63,816 nucleotides of DNA, taken from assembly GCA_026395295.1 (NCBI GenBank), contig JAPLYZ010000011.1:1-63816 (forward strand). Reading direction: 5' to 3'. The notes beneath the pieces are model-generated. The model was not told where the DNA came from. It saw only the letters and a program-made list of their open reading frames with translations, and did no database searches. This DNA comes from Candidatus Staskawiczbacteria bacterium. GTDB taxonomy: Bacteria > Patescibacteriota > Minisyncoccia > Minisyncoccales > Staskawiczbacteraceae. Below, piece after piece: positions 50,566 through 59,953 of this stretch; position 1 is the first letter of the stretch; each line of letters begins with the position of its first letter. The translations under genes were made by a program, and so were the position numbers.

Positions 50566-51297
50566 ATGTCTAGCAGAAATAAAAAAATATTTTCTTCACG
50601 CGGGCTTTGGTTTATTGTTGCAGGGTTTTTTGTTTTTACGTTGGCAATTGTCGCATTTGCCAATTTTTATCCAGTCCCTTCTGGTCTGTCAACCGTTTCT
50701 GCAATCAAAGATGCTGCCGTGCCATCGCAGAACAGTCTTTTGCAGTTTACCTCGCAAGGAACTGTTATTGGTTTTCAAAACACAGGAATCATTGTTGCCT
50801 CTCCTACGCATATGCTTAGAGTTGATTTTGTGAACTCAAATTCTGTTGCGCCGGAATCAGCCGGTGGGGGATCTGCCGCCCCGGAATCGTTGATGACTCT
50901 GCCAAACTCCGAGAAAGCAGCTCCACTCACCAAAGTTACATACCGCAATGTTTGGAATGGTATAGATATAACCTACGAAGCCAGCAAAGATTCTTTGATG
51001 AAGAGTACCTATTTTGTAAATCTGAAAGAAAGCGATAAAAGCATTTCTTCAAATAATATTATTTTAAAATACAATCGTCCTCTTTCTTTAGATAAAAACA
51101 AGAATCTTGTAATTAAATATGACCTTGGCACAATTACTGAATCGGCTCCCTTGGCTTGGCAAATAATAAACGACAAAAAAGTTCCGGTGCCAATATCTTT
51201 TTTAATCAAGAGCCAATATGAAGTCGGTTTTACCCTTGGCAAATACACGCCAAACATTCCAATTATCATAGACCCTATTTATAAACGTGTTTTCTAA
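50566..51297 (+). CDS. Secreted protein matching the N-terminal domain of SBBP-repeat proteins
   Basis: VTYRNVWNGIDITY, ESAPLAWQ, VGFTLGKY..PIIIDP. Confidence 0.65.
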   Translation: MSSRNKKIFSSRGLWFIVAGFFVFTLAIVAFANFYPVPSGLSTVSAIKDAAVPSQNSLLQFTSQGTVIGFQNTGIIVASPTHMLRVDFVNSNSVAPESAGGGSAAPESLMTLPNSEKAAPLTKVTYRNVWNGIDITYEASKDSLMKSTYFVNLKESDKSISSNNIILKYNRPLSLDKNKNLVIKYDLGTITESAPLAWQIINDKKVPVPISFLIKSQYEVGFTLGKYTPNIPIIIDPIYKRVF

Positions 51298-51318
51298 AAC
51301 TTATCCACAGGTTGATGC

Positions 51319-51351
51319 TTGTGCGGGGGGGGGGTATTAGTGTGATATAAT
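51319..51351 (+). promoter_or_regulatory. Promoter with a G10 tract upstream of an extended -10
   Basis: TTGTGC-G10-TATTAGTG-TGA-TATAAT, ending 6 nt before the ATG. Confidence 0.55.
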
Positions 51352-51357
51352 AAATTA

Positions 51358-53295
51358 ATGATTAAACGTTTAAAGATTAAAATCTCCGTAGCGCTATGCT
51401 TTACCGGTTTTTTGCTACTTGGATTTGCCAATCACGCCAGCGCGACAACTTACACATGGAATCCTTTTTTGGGAGGGAGTGGGGGTGATGTTAGTTATGG
51501 AGTTACTGTAGATACCAGCGGAAATGTTTATGCCGTGGGATACAGTGATACAACATGGGGCTCGCCTATCAGGGGATATTCTGCACAAGAAGATGCATTT
51601 GTCGCCAAACTTAGCAGTACGGGTTCTATTGTATGGAATACTTTCTTGGGAGGAAGCGGGTATGATGATGGTTATGGAATTGCAGTAGATTCCAGTGGAA
51701 ATGTTTATGTTACGGGAAAAAGCGATGGAACATGGGGTTCTCCGATTGTTGAACCGACTGGTGGTAATAATTATTTTATCGCTAAACTTAATGTCACGGG
51801 TTCTCTTGTTTGGAATACGTTTTTAAGTAACACTAACGTGCCACAAACCACTGCAATTTCATTAGACACGAGCGGAAACATTTATGTTGTCGGAAGCGCA
51901 AGCAGTACGTGGGGATCTCCGATATTACCATGGATATCAGCACAGTACAGTTATGCTTTTGCTGCTAAGCTCAGCAATAATGGGAATTTAATTTGGAATA
52001 CTTTCTTTGGCGGTGGTACGAGAAAATATAATTATGGTAAAGGGGTTGTGGTGGATAGTAGCGGTAATATTTATATTATTGGATATGGTAACGCAACATG
52101 GGGTACGCCAGTAAGAATATATGCTGCCAATCAGGATGCCTGGGTGGTAAAATTAACTAATACGGGTACTCTTGCATGGAGTACTTTCTTGGGAGGAAGC
52201 GGAAATGATTATGGCGCTGGAGTTGCTGTGGATGGCACCGGGAATGTTTATGTTGCTGGGTATAGTGATGCAACATGGGGCTCGCCATTACAATTGTATA
52301 ATTCTAGCAATGATATTTTTGTCGCTAAATTGGATAGCGCAGGGACTATGACATGGAATACTTTTTTGGGAGGAATCCAGGGTGATATTGGAACAGGAAT
52401 TATTTTGGACAATAGTAACAGTGTTTATATTACTGGGTACAGCAATGCCACTTGGGGATCACCATTACGGGCATATTATGGGCAGGCTGCTACCACTGAT
52501 GTTTGTGTTGCTAAACTCAACAACAGTGGTAGTTTACTTTGGAATACATTTTTAGGTGATAGTGGGTCTGATAAAGGTCAAGCGATTGTATCAGATACCA
52601 CCGGGAATATTTATGTTGGTGGAGTCAGTAGTGCTACATGGGAATCTCCGCCGATAGCTCATACTGTAGGAGCCAGCAATGATGCTTATGTTGCCAAACT
52701 CACCAGCGCAGGCGCCCTAGTCACCATAACAACCTCCCACACCATCACAGCCTCAACAGTAAACAGCAATGGCTCTATTACCCCAACAGGAGCCACCACT
52801 GTAGACGACGGCGCAAACCAGACATTCACGATATCAGCCAACGACCCCTACACAACCAACGTCATAGTAGACGGAGCATCACAAGGCCCGCTAACCACCT
52901 ACACCTTTACCAACGTAACCACCAACCACACCATTTTAGCTGACTTCTCGCTAGTGCTTGGAGCAGGTGGAGGAGCAAGTGCAAGCGCATCCAGCGGAAC
53001 AAGCGTGTCCAGTGGAACATCCACCTCTGCCACAAGCTCAACGTCAGACAGCAGTTCACAACCACCAGCTCCTTCTGCCGATGTCCCAACCCCAACCGTA
53101 ACACCGCCACCAACACCGACACCGGATTTAACAAGCTTGCCTCCGGCAACACCCGACGTTACCGCTATCTCAACACCGGGAAACAATACAACATTCACTG
53201 CCGCTGTTATTGTTCAAATCAAACAACAGCTCATAGCTCTCATCACCCAGCTAATTGGAATACTTCAACAGCAATTTATCCAGATGGGGAAGTAA
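51358..53295 (+). CDS. SBBP-repeat (beta-propeller) surface protein with Ig-like domain and S/P/T-rich tail
   Basis: Seven repeats of WNTFLGG..D.G.GIAVD.SGNVYV.G.S..TWGSP; signal peptide. Confidence 0.85.
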   Translation: MIKRLKIKISVALCFTGFLLLGFANHASATTYTWNPFLGGSGGDVSYGVTVDTSGNVYAVGYSDTTWGSPIRGYSAQEDAFVAKLSSTGSIVWNTFLGGSGYDDGYGIAVDSSGNVYVTGKSDGTWGSPIVEPTGGNNYFIAKLNVTGSLVWNTFLSNTNVPQTTAISLDTSGNIYVVGSASSTWGSPILPWISAQYSYAFAAKLSNNGNLIWNTFFGGGTRKYNYGKGVVVDSSGNIYIIGYGNATWGTPVRIYAANQDAWVVKLTNTGTLAWSTFLGGSGNDYGAGVAVDGTGNVYVAGYSDATWGSPLQLYNSSNDIFVAKLDSAGTMTWNTFLGGIQGDIGTGIILDNSNSVYITGYSNATWGSPLRAYYGQAATTDVCVAKLNNSGSLLWNTFLGDSGSDKGQAIVSDTTGNIYVGGVSSATWESPPIAHTVGASNDAYVAKLTSAGALVTITTSHTITASTVNSNGSITPTGATTVDDGANQTFTISANDPYTTNVIVDGASQGPLTTYTFTNVTTNHTILADFSLVLGAGGGASASASSGTSVSSGTSTSATSSTSDSSSQPPAPSADVPTPTVTPPPTPTPDLTSLPPATPDVTAISTPGNNTTFTAAVIVQIKQQLIALITQLIGILQQQFIQMGK

Positions 53296-53362
53296 AAAGC
53301 TGAGGGTAAAAATGGGTTCTAGGTCTGGACAAGGGTGCTTGTTGATGATAAAATAGAGCAAT

Positions 53363-53782
53363 ATGGATAACAATAAAGAACTAGCCAACATAAACGATAA
53401 GTTGATAGATTTAGAGTTAGCCAAAAGCGACAATAAGAACTCAAAAGTCAGGAAATACCTGCCGGCAGTAGTGCTGGTGGCTTCATTCTATTATTCCTTT
53501 CTTTTGGCTCTGGGATTAGCTCTGGGGTATATCGGCGCTAAAATTTTCTCTAAATATTTGCTTGAAAACGGCAAAGTTGACTGCATTTACATTGACTGCG
53601 GTAAATACAAAATTCACTTACACCACTGGATTTTGGGGGCGTTGTTGTTATTGGCTGTATGGGTTATTGACTATTTCTATCTTCCAAGATTTTTCGTCGG
53701 GGTTGTTGCCGGTGTCATTGCTCACGACATTTACGACTTTAACGATTGGCACAAAATTTTAGTAAAAAACGAGACAAAATAA
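53363..53782 (+). CDS. Membrane hypothetical protein
   Basis: Hydrophobic; HLHHW motif. Confidence 0.65.
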   Translation: MDNNKELANINDKLIDLELAKSDNKNSKVRKYLPAVVLVASFYYSFLLALGLALGYIGAKIFSKYLLENGKVDCIYIDCGKYKIHLHHWILGALLLLAVWVIDYFYLPRFFVGVVAGVIAHDIYDFNDWHKILVKNETK

Positions 53783-53856
53783 AGTTGTTGAAAATTAGAG
53801 CACAATGCGGCGAAAGCCGCATTTTAATTTATGGAATTATGTGATATGATGGAAGT

Positions 53857-54897
53857 ATGGTAGAGATAGATATAGAAAATAAAGGAGCGAGAGTTATTTT
53901 TTTAAGAAAAGGCGACCAGAAAGCTTTTTTGGATGGGGTGCAATCTAAGTTAGACATAGGACTTGAAGATTTTTCAAAAATCGCTGGGGTTTGCATTAGG
54001 TCTATGACTGACTGGAAAAGAGAAAAAAATTCCGTTTCCTTGTCTGGGTTGGAAGCGCTATGCAACATCGCTGAAGTTGATTTTCCGAAAGATGTTGAAA
54101 TAAGAGATAGATTTTGGTATATACATAAAGGGGCAAGAGCCGGAGGCTTAGCTACATTCAAAAAATATGGCAGAATTGGAAACGAAAATTATCGTAGGAA
54201 GAAATGGTTTGAATGGTGGGAGAAAAAAGGAAAATTTAATCCAAATCAATATTTTGCGCAAAAAAACATATTTTTACCAAAAAAATCCGTTCAGTTGGCA
54301 GAGTTTATAGGAATTATTTTGGGCGATGGAGGGATAACAAAAAGCCAAGTTTCAATAACGCTTAATAAAATAACTGATTTGGAATTTTCTTTTTATGTAA
54401 AGAAGTTGATCAACGACCTTTTTGATGTGAAAGCGGCGACATATAATCACGGGGTTGATTGTGTAGTAAATATAGTGATTTCCAGAATTCAACTTGTTAA
54501 ATTTTTACAAGAAACTGGGTTAAAAATAGGCAACAAGGTAAAACAACAAGTTGGTGTTCCGGCATGGATTTCTAAATCAGGCTTATTTACAAAATTTTGC
54601 ATGAGAGGTTTATTGGATACGGACGGATGTTTCTATGTGGATAAACATAAATACAAAGATAAAATTTATTTAAACAGCGGTATAAATTTTACAAACAGAT
54701 CCTTGCCACTTCTTAATTTTTTTAAAGACAATTTAACAAAATTTGGCTTTCACCCTACACAAAAGACAAAATTTAGTATATTCTTAAGACGTGAAGAAGA
54801 AGTTATCAGATATTTCAAGGAAATAGGGTCTTCAAACCCTAAACACTTAAACAAGTTCAAAAGATATTTTAACGATAAATCTGGAGGAGTCGGATAA
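53857..54897 (+). CDS. Free-standing double-motif LAGLIDADG endonuclease-like protein
   Basis: LAEFIGIILGDGGI and CMRGLLDTDGCF; last 15 nt lie inside tRNA-Ser. Confidence 0.85.
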   Translation: MVEIDIENKGARVIFLRKGDQKAFLDGVQSKLDIGLEDFSKIAGVCIRSMTDWKREKNSVSLSGLEALCNIAEVDFPKDVEIRDRFWYIHKGARAGGLATFKKYGRIGNENYRRKKWFEWWEKKGKFNPNQYFAQKNIFLPKKSVQLAEFIGIILGDGGITKSQVSITLNKITDLEFSFYVKKLINDLFDVKAATYNHGVDCVVNIVISRIQLVKFLQETGLKIGNKVKQQVGVPAWISKSGLFTKFCMRGLLDTDGCFYVDKHKYKDKIYLNSGINFTNRSLPLLNFFKDNLTKFGFHPTQKTKFSIFLRREEEVIRYFKEIGSSNPKHLNKFKRYFNDKSGGVG

Positions 54898-54966
54898 TGG
54901 CATTCCACCGCTCTCGAAAAGCGGCGCCCAGCAATGGGCTTGTGAGTTCAAGTCTCACCTCCTCCG
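54883..54966 (+). tRNA. tRNA-Ser(CGA)
   Basis: GGAGGAG/CTCCTCC acceptor, CCGCT CT CGA AA AGCGG, long variable arm, G73. Confidence 0.95.
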
Positions 54967-54982
54967 CTTAAAAAATAAAAAT

Positions 54983-55681
54983 ATGTCATGGTTAAATAAA
55001 CTCATAGCACTTACCTACAATCCTAAATTCAGGATGCCCTTTTTCTTGTCGCCATTTTTAGGGATGATTTTTGGTGATATTGGAACAATTATCATGATTA
55101 AAATGGGTTTCCCCAACCCCAAGTTTGCAATCCCTGTTTTTATTGCAATAGGTTATTTCATTCTCTGGATAATAATTATGTACGTGCGTCTTTACAACTA
55201 CATTGGAGAAGACGGAAAATTGCAGAAAAAAACTTTCGTTAAAAACACCCAAGTTTATGATAGGTTCAGACAAGAAGCCAGAAAATATGATTGGATGGTG
55301 AAGGAAATCCCAAAAGTACCTCTATTAATGGATTATGGATTCACGATAAAGGGGGTCGAGCAGGGAGTTGCTTTTGAAATAGCAATGATAGATAATTTTT
55401 CAAATGCTGGAGGATTTAGTGAAAGAGCTGTTTATATTAAAACAAAAAAAGGAGAAAATTTTGAAATATCGCCAGCCAATGCTGTTAAGAATCAATTTGT
55501 TGAGGCGAATAGGGAAGACCTCAATTATTTGATGAGAAATAATAAATATATTACAAAAATAAGTTTCTATAAGGGACAAATGGCAGCATTAATTTTTGAT
55601 TATATAGGCATGTCTTCAAATGTAAAAGAGGTAGTATCTAGGCTTATACAAATATCGAAGAGTTACGACGGGCTTTATTAA
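54983..55681 (+). CDS. Membrane hypothetical protein
   Basis: Two N-terminal TM helices; 232-aa ORF. Confidence 0.6.
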   Translation: MSWLNKLIALTYNPKFRMPFFLSPFLGMIFGDIGTIIMIKMGFPNPKFAIPVFIAIGYFILWIIIMYVRLYNYIGEDGKLQKKTFVKNTQVYDRFRQEARKYDWMVKEIPKVPLLMDYGFTIKGVEQGVAFEIAMIDNFSNAGGFSERAVYIKTKKGENFEISPANAVKNQFVEANREDLNYLMRNNKYITKISFYKGQMAALIFDYIGMSSNVKEVVSRLIQISKSYDGLY

Positions 55682-55750
55682 AATTTTTTTTAATCTTTAA
55701 ATTTTAGGTGGCGTTGGTTTGAGCAAATCGACGCTTTTTTTGGGAAAATT

Positions 55751-56758
55751 ATGGAATTAGGATTCTGGAGAAAACTTAAAAAGCCGATTATGGCTTTGGC
55801 TCCCATGTCCGGGGTAACTGATGAGGCTTTTCGCCTCATGCTTTTGAAATACGGCAGGCCAGATGTTTTTTGGACGGAATTTGTTTCGGCTGAAGGATTA
55901 TTTTCCAAAGGCAGAGATCATTGCTTGAAGCTTTTAAATTTTAACAAAAAAGAGCGCCCCATTGTTGCTCAGTTGTTCGGCGCCAAACCTTCTGACTTTG
56001 AAAAGGCTGCAAGGCTTGTGGCAGAACTTGGTTTTGATGGTGTTGATATAAACATGGGTTGCCCGGACAGAAACATAGAAAAAAAGGGCGGAGGCGCGGC
56101 ATTGATTAAAGATTCCCATTTGGCAAAAGAAATTATCAAAGCAACCCTTCGAGGCGCTCGGGGCGGGCAAAAAAAGATTCCTGTTTCAGTAAAAACGCGT
56201 GTTGGGTACAAAAAGAACCAGATTGACAAATGGATTCCTGCGCTTTTGGAAGAAGACATTGCTGTTTTAACTGTTCATTTTCGCACCAGAAACGAAACAT
56301 ATGCTTCTTCTGCTCGGTGGGAGTTAGCTAAAGAGGTTGTCAGCTTAAGAAATAAATATGCCCCTAAAACATTAATTTTAGGTAACGGCGATGTAAAATC
56401 TCTTGCAGATGCCCGAGAACTGGTTAAAAAATCCGGGGTTGACGGCGTTATGGTTGGCAGAGCTGTTTTGCAGAACCCTTGGTTCTTTGCCCCGCGAAGC
56501 CTTAGCGAAGTGGGGTTTACTAAATTGCCCACTATTCAAGAGAGATTAAAAGCCATTATTAAACACGCTGAAATTTTCGACAAAATTCATAAGGACAGCC
56601 AGCGGAAGAACGGCAGTTATAAGCAGTTTGACGCCATGAAAAAATATTTTCATTCTTACGCAAAAGGTTTTACTGGCGCAAAAGAGCTTAGGGAAAAACT
56701 CATGAAAGTAAAAAATACGGAAGAAACAAAAATGGTCGTAAAAGATTTTTTAAAGTAA
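55751..56758 (+). CDS. dus: tRNA-dihydrouridine synthase
   Basis: LAPMSGVTD, DINMGCP, VSVKTR, GNGDV, GVMVGR; two in-frame inserts. Confidence 0.93.
   Translation: MELGFWRKLKKPIMALAPMSGVTDEAFRLMLLKYGRPDVFWTEFVSAEGLFSKGRDHCLKLLNFNKKERPIVAQLFGAKPSDFEKAARLVAELGFDGVDINMGCPDRNIEKKGGGAALIKDSHLAKEIIKATLRGARGGQKKIPVSVKTRVGYKKNQIDKWIPALLEEDIAVLTVHFRTRNETYASSARWELAKEVVSLRNKYAPKTLILGNGDVKSLADARELVKKSGVDGVMVGRAVLQNPWFFAPRSLSEVGFTKLPTIQERLKAIIKHAEIFDKIHKDSQRKNGSYKQFDAMKKYFHSYAKGFTGAKELREKLMKVKNTEETKMVVKDFLK
56145..56164 (+). repeat. Family B palindrome, in-frame in dus (LRGARG)
   Basis: CCCTTCGAGGCGCTCGGGGC. Confidence 0.6.
56489..56515 (+). repeat. Family A palindrome (opposite orientation), in-frame in dus (PRSLSEVG)
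   Basis: GCCCCGCGAAGCCTTAGCGAAGTGGGG. Confidence 0.8.
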
Positions 56759-56762
56759 AAAT

Positions 56763-57824
56763 ATGATTTTTAATAAAAACTATTTTTATCTGCTGGCTGT
56801 GGTCGTGATTATTTTTGTTGCAGCTCCTTTTGTGGGTTCAGCTTCAACCGAGAAGATATTCTATATGTCGCAATTGAGGGAAAAAGAAGGCATTGCAAGT
56901 TTTAAAAAGAACGCGGACAAAATTGATATTTTAGCTCCTCAGTTCTACACCGTTTCCGCCAAGCTAAAATTAACCGGCTCGCTTGATGCTAACTTGAAAA
57001 AAGTGATAGCGCAAACCCTTCGGGACCCAAAGGGTACCCCTCAGGGCAAGAAATTAAAAGTTATGCCCTTGGTAATAAACGCCGGTTTTAAGCAAGATAT
57101 AATTCACAACTTGTTGCTTTCTGGCCCTGCGCAAGACGCGGTTATAAAGTCCCTTGTTGATGTCGCGAAAAAAGAAAAATATATCGGCTGGCAATTTGAT
57201 TTTGAAAACATAGGTTATTTAGACAAAGACCTATACTCGGCTTTTGTTGAGAAATCCGCAGAGGCTTTGCATAAAAATAATCTGATTATGAGTGTGGCAG
57301 CTGTTTCGCGAAGTGTTGATTATGAAGATACCGACGCTTTCAAAAATTGGGGTGGAGTGTTTGATTACGCAAGACTGGCTAATGCTGTAGATTTTGTGAG
57401 TTTAATGACTTATGACGACCCTAATTCAGTGGGACCCGTGGCGTCTTTACCATTTATAAACAGTGTTTTAGACTATGTGAAGGGTAAAATTCCACCGGAG
57501 AAACTATCTTTTGGAATTCCCCTTTATTATTGGGGTTGGAGCATTGACCCTTTGAAAAAAATAACAGTAAGCGGAACATATGAAAGAATTTTCAATATAA
57601 GATCTAATTTTCGTCATAGTTTGGGTTTTGACGAGGCTTTAGGAGCGTCTTGGCTTACTTACGTCTACCAAAATAAACAATATAAAATTTGGTATCAAAA
57701 TAAACAGAGTTTTGAGAATAAATTAGATATAGTGAAAAATAATAATTTTAGAGGTTTTTCAGCATGGGTTTTAGGTGTTGAAGACCCTGGGATTTGGGTT
57801 GCTCTTTCGGACTTTAAAAAATAG
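56763..57824 (+). CDS. Glycoside hydrolase family 18 protein
   Basis: GWQFDFE, LMTYD, GIPLY, WVLGVED; signal peptide. Confidence 0.85.
   Translation: MIFNKNYFYLLAVVVIIFVAAPFVGSASTEKIFYMSQLREKEGIASFKKNADKIDILAPQFYTVSAKLKLTGSLDANLKKVIAQTLRDPKGTPQGKKLKVMPLVINAGFKQDIIHNLLLSGPAQDAVIKSLVDVAKKEKYIGWQFDFENIGYLDKDLYSAFVEKSAEALHKNNLIMSVAAVSRSVDYEDTDAFKNWGGVFDYARLANAVDFVSLMTYDDPNSVGPVASLPFINSVLDYVKGKIPPEKLSFGIPLYYWGWSIDPLKKITVSGTYERIFNIRSNFRHSLGFDEALGASWLTYVYQNKQYKIWYQNKQSFENKLDIVKNNNFRGFSAWVLGVEDPGIWVALSDFKK
57016..57050 (+). repeat. Family B palindrome with nested GACCC/GGGTACCCC unit, in-frame (LRDPKGTPQGK)
   Basis: CCCTTCGG-GACCCAAAGGGTACCCC-TCAGGGCAAG. Confidence 0.8.
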
Positions 57825-57870
57825 AACTATACATTGCAGTTTAGTCAATTTTGAGGTAATATAAATAATT

Positions 57871-58347
57871 ATGGATATCGCCATTATTTTTTTGATTACG
57901 GCAGGAATTATTATTATAGCCTTGGTTGCGATAAATGCTTTTTTGCTTTGGAAAGCCCGTCAAACAAATGAGAAGATAGACAACTTGTTAGAAAAAGGGA
58001 AAATTAAAGATTTTAAAGATATTTTTTTGTCGCAAAAGGAAAAGATTGGTGATTTGGAGGAAAAAATTAGGGAAGCATTTTTGAAGATTAAAAATTTGGA
58101 AGATATTTCGGAGACAACCATAAGAAGAGTAGGTGTTGTCAGGTTCAATCCATTTAATAACATGGGCGGGAATCAGAGCTTTGTTATAGCTTTATTAGAC
58201 AATAAAAATAACGGATTTGTGATTTCGAGCCTATTTGTCAAAGAGGGGAACAGGGTTTACGCCAAAGTAATAAAGGGCGGTAAATCAGATCATGTTTTAT
58301 CGGGAGAGGAAGTTGAAGCAGTAAGCCGAGCTACCAGCTCGAAGTGA
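57871..58347 (+). CDS. DUF4446 family protein
   Basis: VVRFNPF..GGNQSF.IALLD...RVYAK...LSGEE. Confidence 0.85.
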   Translation: MDIAIIFLITAGIIIIALVAINAFLLWKARQTNEKIDNLLEKGKIKDFKDIFLSQKEKIGDLEEKIREAFLKIKNLEDISETTIRRVGVVRFNPFNNMGGNQSFVIALLDNKNNGFVISSLFVKEGNRVYAKVIKGGKSDHVLSGEEVEAVSRATSSK

Positions 58348-58360
58348 TTTGTGAATTTTT

Positions 58361-59911
58361 ATGGTAAAAAAACAACAAAAAAATAAAGAGATTTTGCAAG
58401 CGCGACCGCCGGTGGTAGTTGTTTTGGGGCACGTTGACCATGGCAAAAGTTCTCTTTTAGAGGCCATTAGAGATTTTAGAATAACTTCAAAAGAATCTGG
58501 TGGAATAACCCAGCACATTGGAGCTTATGAAATTGTTATGGATGGCAACCCGCCTTCGCCAGAGGCTTCGGCGAGGCAAAGGAAGATTACCTTTATTGAC
58601 ACTCCCGGGCACGAAGCATTTTCCGCAATGCGCGCCAGGGGAGCTGAGGTTGCTGATATTGCTTTGTTGGTTGTAGATTCGGCCCAATCGGTTCAGCCAC
58701 AAACAAAGGAAGCTGTCATGGCCATAAAAAGAGCGGAAATTCCGATGATTGTTGTGCTTAACAAAATTGACTTGCCGACAGCCAATCCCGGAAAAATAAA
58801 AGGCGAGCTTTCCAAAATAGATGTTTTGGTGGAATCTTTTGGCGGGACAATACCATCGGTTGAAGTCTCGGCTAAAGAAAAAACAGGAATTGATGAATTG
58901 CTGGAAGTTATATTATTGGTTGCTGATTTGCAAGAATTAAAGGCAGAGGTAGATGCGCCTGCAGAGGGCTTAATAATCGAGTCGTACATGGATGGTTCAA
59001 AGGGGCCGGTTGCGACTGCAATCATTAAAAAAGGTGTTTTGAGGGATAAGGATATTATTGCCACGGATTTAGCCATGGCTAAAGTAAAACACTTGGAAGA
59101 CTTTCAAGGCAAAGTGATTGAAGAGGCTTATCCTTCTCAGCCGGTTATTATTTTAGGATTTGAAAAAGTGCCGGCAGTAGGAGAAAAATTTAAGAGCTAC
59201 AAAACCGCAGAGGAGGCGATGGCAAAAATAAAAACAGAACAGCCCAAGAGAGAAATTGCTTCCGCTGTTTTAGACACAGACCCGAACAAAAAAGTTTTAA
59301 ATATGATTTTGAAAGGAGATGTTTTCGGATCGCTGGAGGCGATTGATGGAATGCTGAAAAATTTACCCCAGGATAAAGCCATTTTACGAATTTTGAAATC
59401 TGAGGTTGGAGAAATAAACGAAACAGACGCCAAGCTGGCGGAGATGTCTAAGGCTATAATAATAGGATTTCGCGTCAAAATTAGCCCATTGGTGGCGCAA
59501 TTTATGAAGAATGATTTAGATAGAAGGCTGAGGATAAAAACTTTTGATATAATTTACGAATTAATACAAGATGTGCGACGAAGTTTGGAAAAAACATTGG
59601 AAGCGGAAACAGTTAGAACCGACGTTGGAAAACTTAAAACACTGTTGGTTTTTTGGGGAGAAAAAAACAGGCAAATTGTTGGAGGGAAAATCACCGAGGG
59701 CGAGTTGAAAAAAGGACTCAAGTTGGAGGTTTTTCGTGAAGACAGAAAAGTGGGAGCCGGGAGGATTATTAACCTTCAGCGCGATAAAAAAGACATAGAC
59801 AAGCTTAGCAAGGGAGATGAAGCAGGCATACTTTTTGAAGGCAATATGAAAATTGAAAAAGGAGATATTTTAGTGGCTTACATAGAAGAACGAAAGAAGG
59901 GCGAGTTGTAA
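58361..59911 (+). CDS. infB: Translation initiation factor IF-2 (short form)
   Basis: RPPVVVVLGHVDHGKS, GGITQHIGAY, DTPGHEAF, NKID. Confidence 0.96.
   Translation: MVKKQQKNKEILQARPPVVVVLGHVDHGKSSLLEAIRDFRITSKESGGITQHIGAYEIVMDGNPPSPEASARQRKITFIDTPGHEAFSAMRARGAEVADIALLVVDSAQSVQPQTKEAVMAIKRAEIPMIVVLNKIDLPTANPGKIKGELSKIDVLVESFGGTIPSVEVSAKEKTGIDELLEVILLVADLQELKAEVDAPAEGLIIESYMDGSKGPVATAIIKKGVLRDKDIIATDLAMAKVKHLEDFQGKVIEEAYPSQPVIILGFEKVPAVGEKFKSYKTAEEAMAKIKTEQPKREIASAVLDTDPNKKVLNMILKGDVFGSLEAIDGMLKNLPQDKAILRILKSEVGEINETDAKLAEMSKAIIIGFRVKISPLVAQFMKNDLDRRLRIKTFDIIYELIQDVRRSLEKTLEAETVRTDVGKLKTLLVFWGEKNRQIVGGKITEGELKKGLKLEVFREDRKVGAGRIINLQRDKKDIDKLSKGDEAGILFEGNMKIEKGDILVAYIEERKKGEL
58549..58582 (+). 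repeat. Family A palindrome, in-frame in the IF-2 G domain (PPSPEASARQR)
   Basis: CCCGCCTTCGCCAGAGGCTTCGGCGAGGCAAAGG. Confidence 0.85.
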
Positions 59912-59953
59912 TTTTCAAATAAAAAGCCTCGCGTGGTAATCGCGGGGTTTTGC

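Noticed and set aside
51358..53295. Diversity-generating retroelement target
   Set aside because: No reverse transcriptase and no template/variable repeat pair differing at adenines; the repeats are protein-level SBBP units.
53857..54897. Intein or group I intron host for the LAGLIDADG domain
   Set aside because: No extein, no Cys/Ser...His-Asn splice junctions, and the tRNA is uninterrupted.
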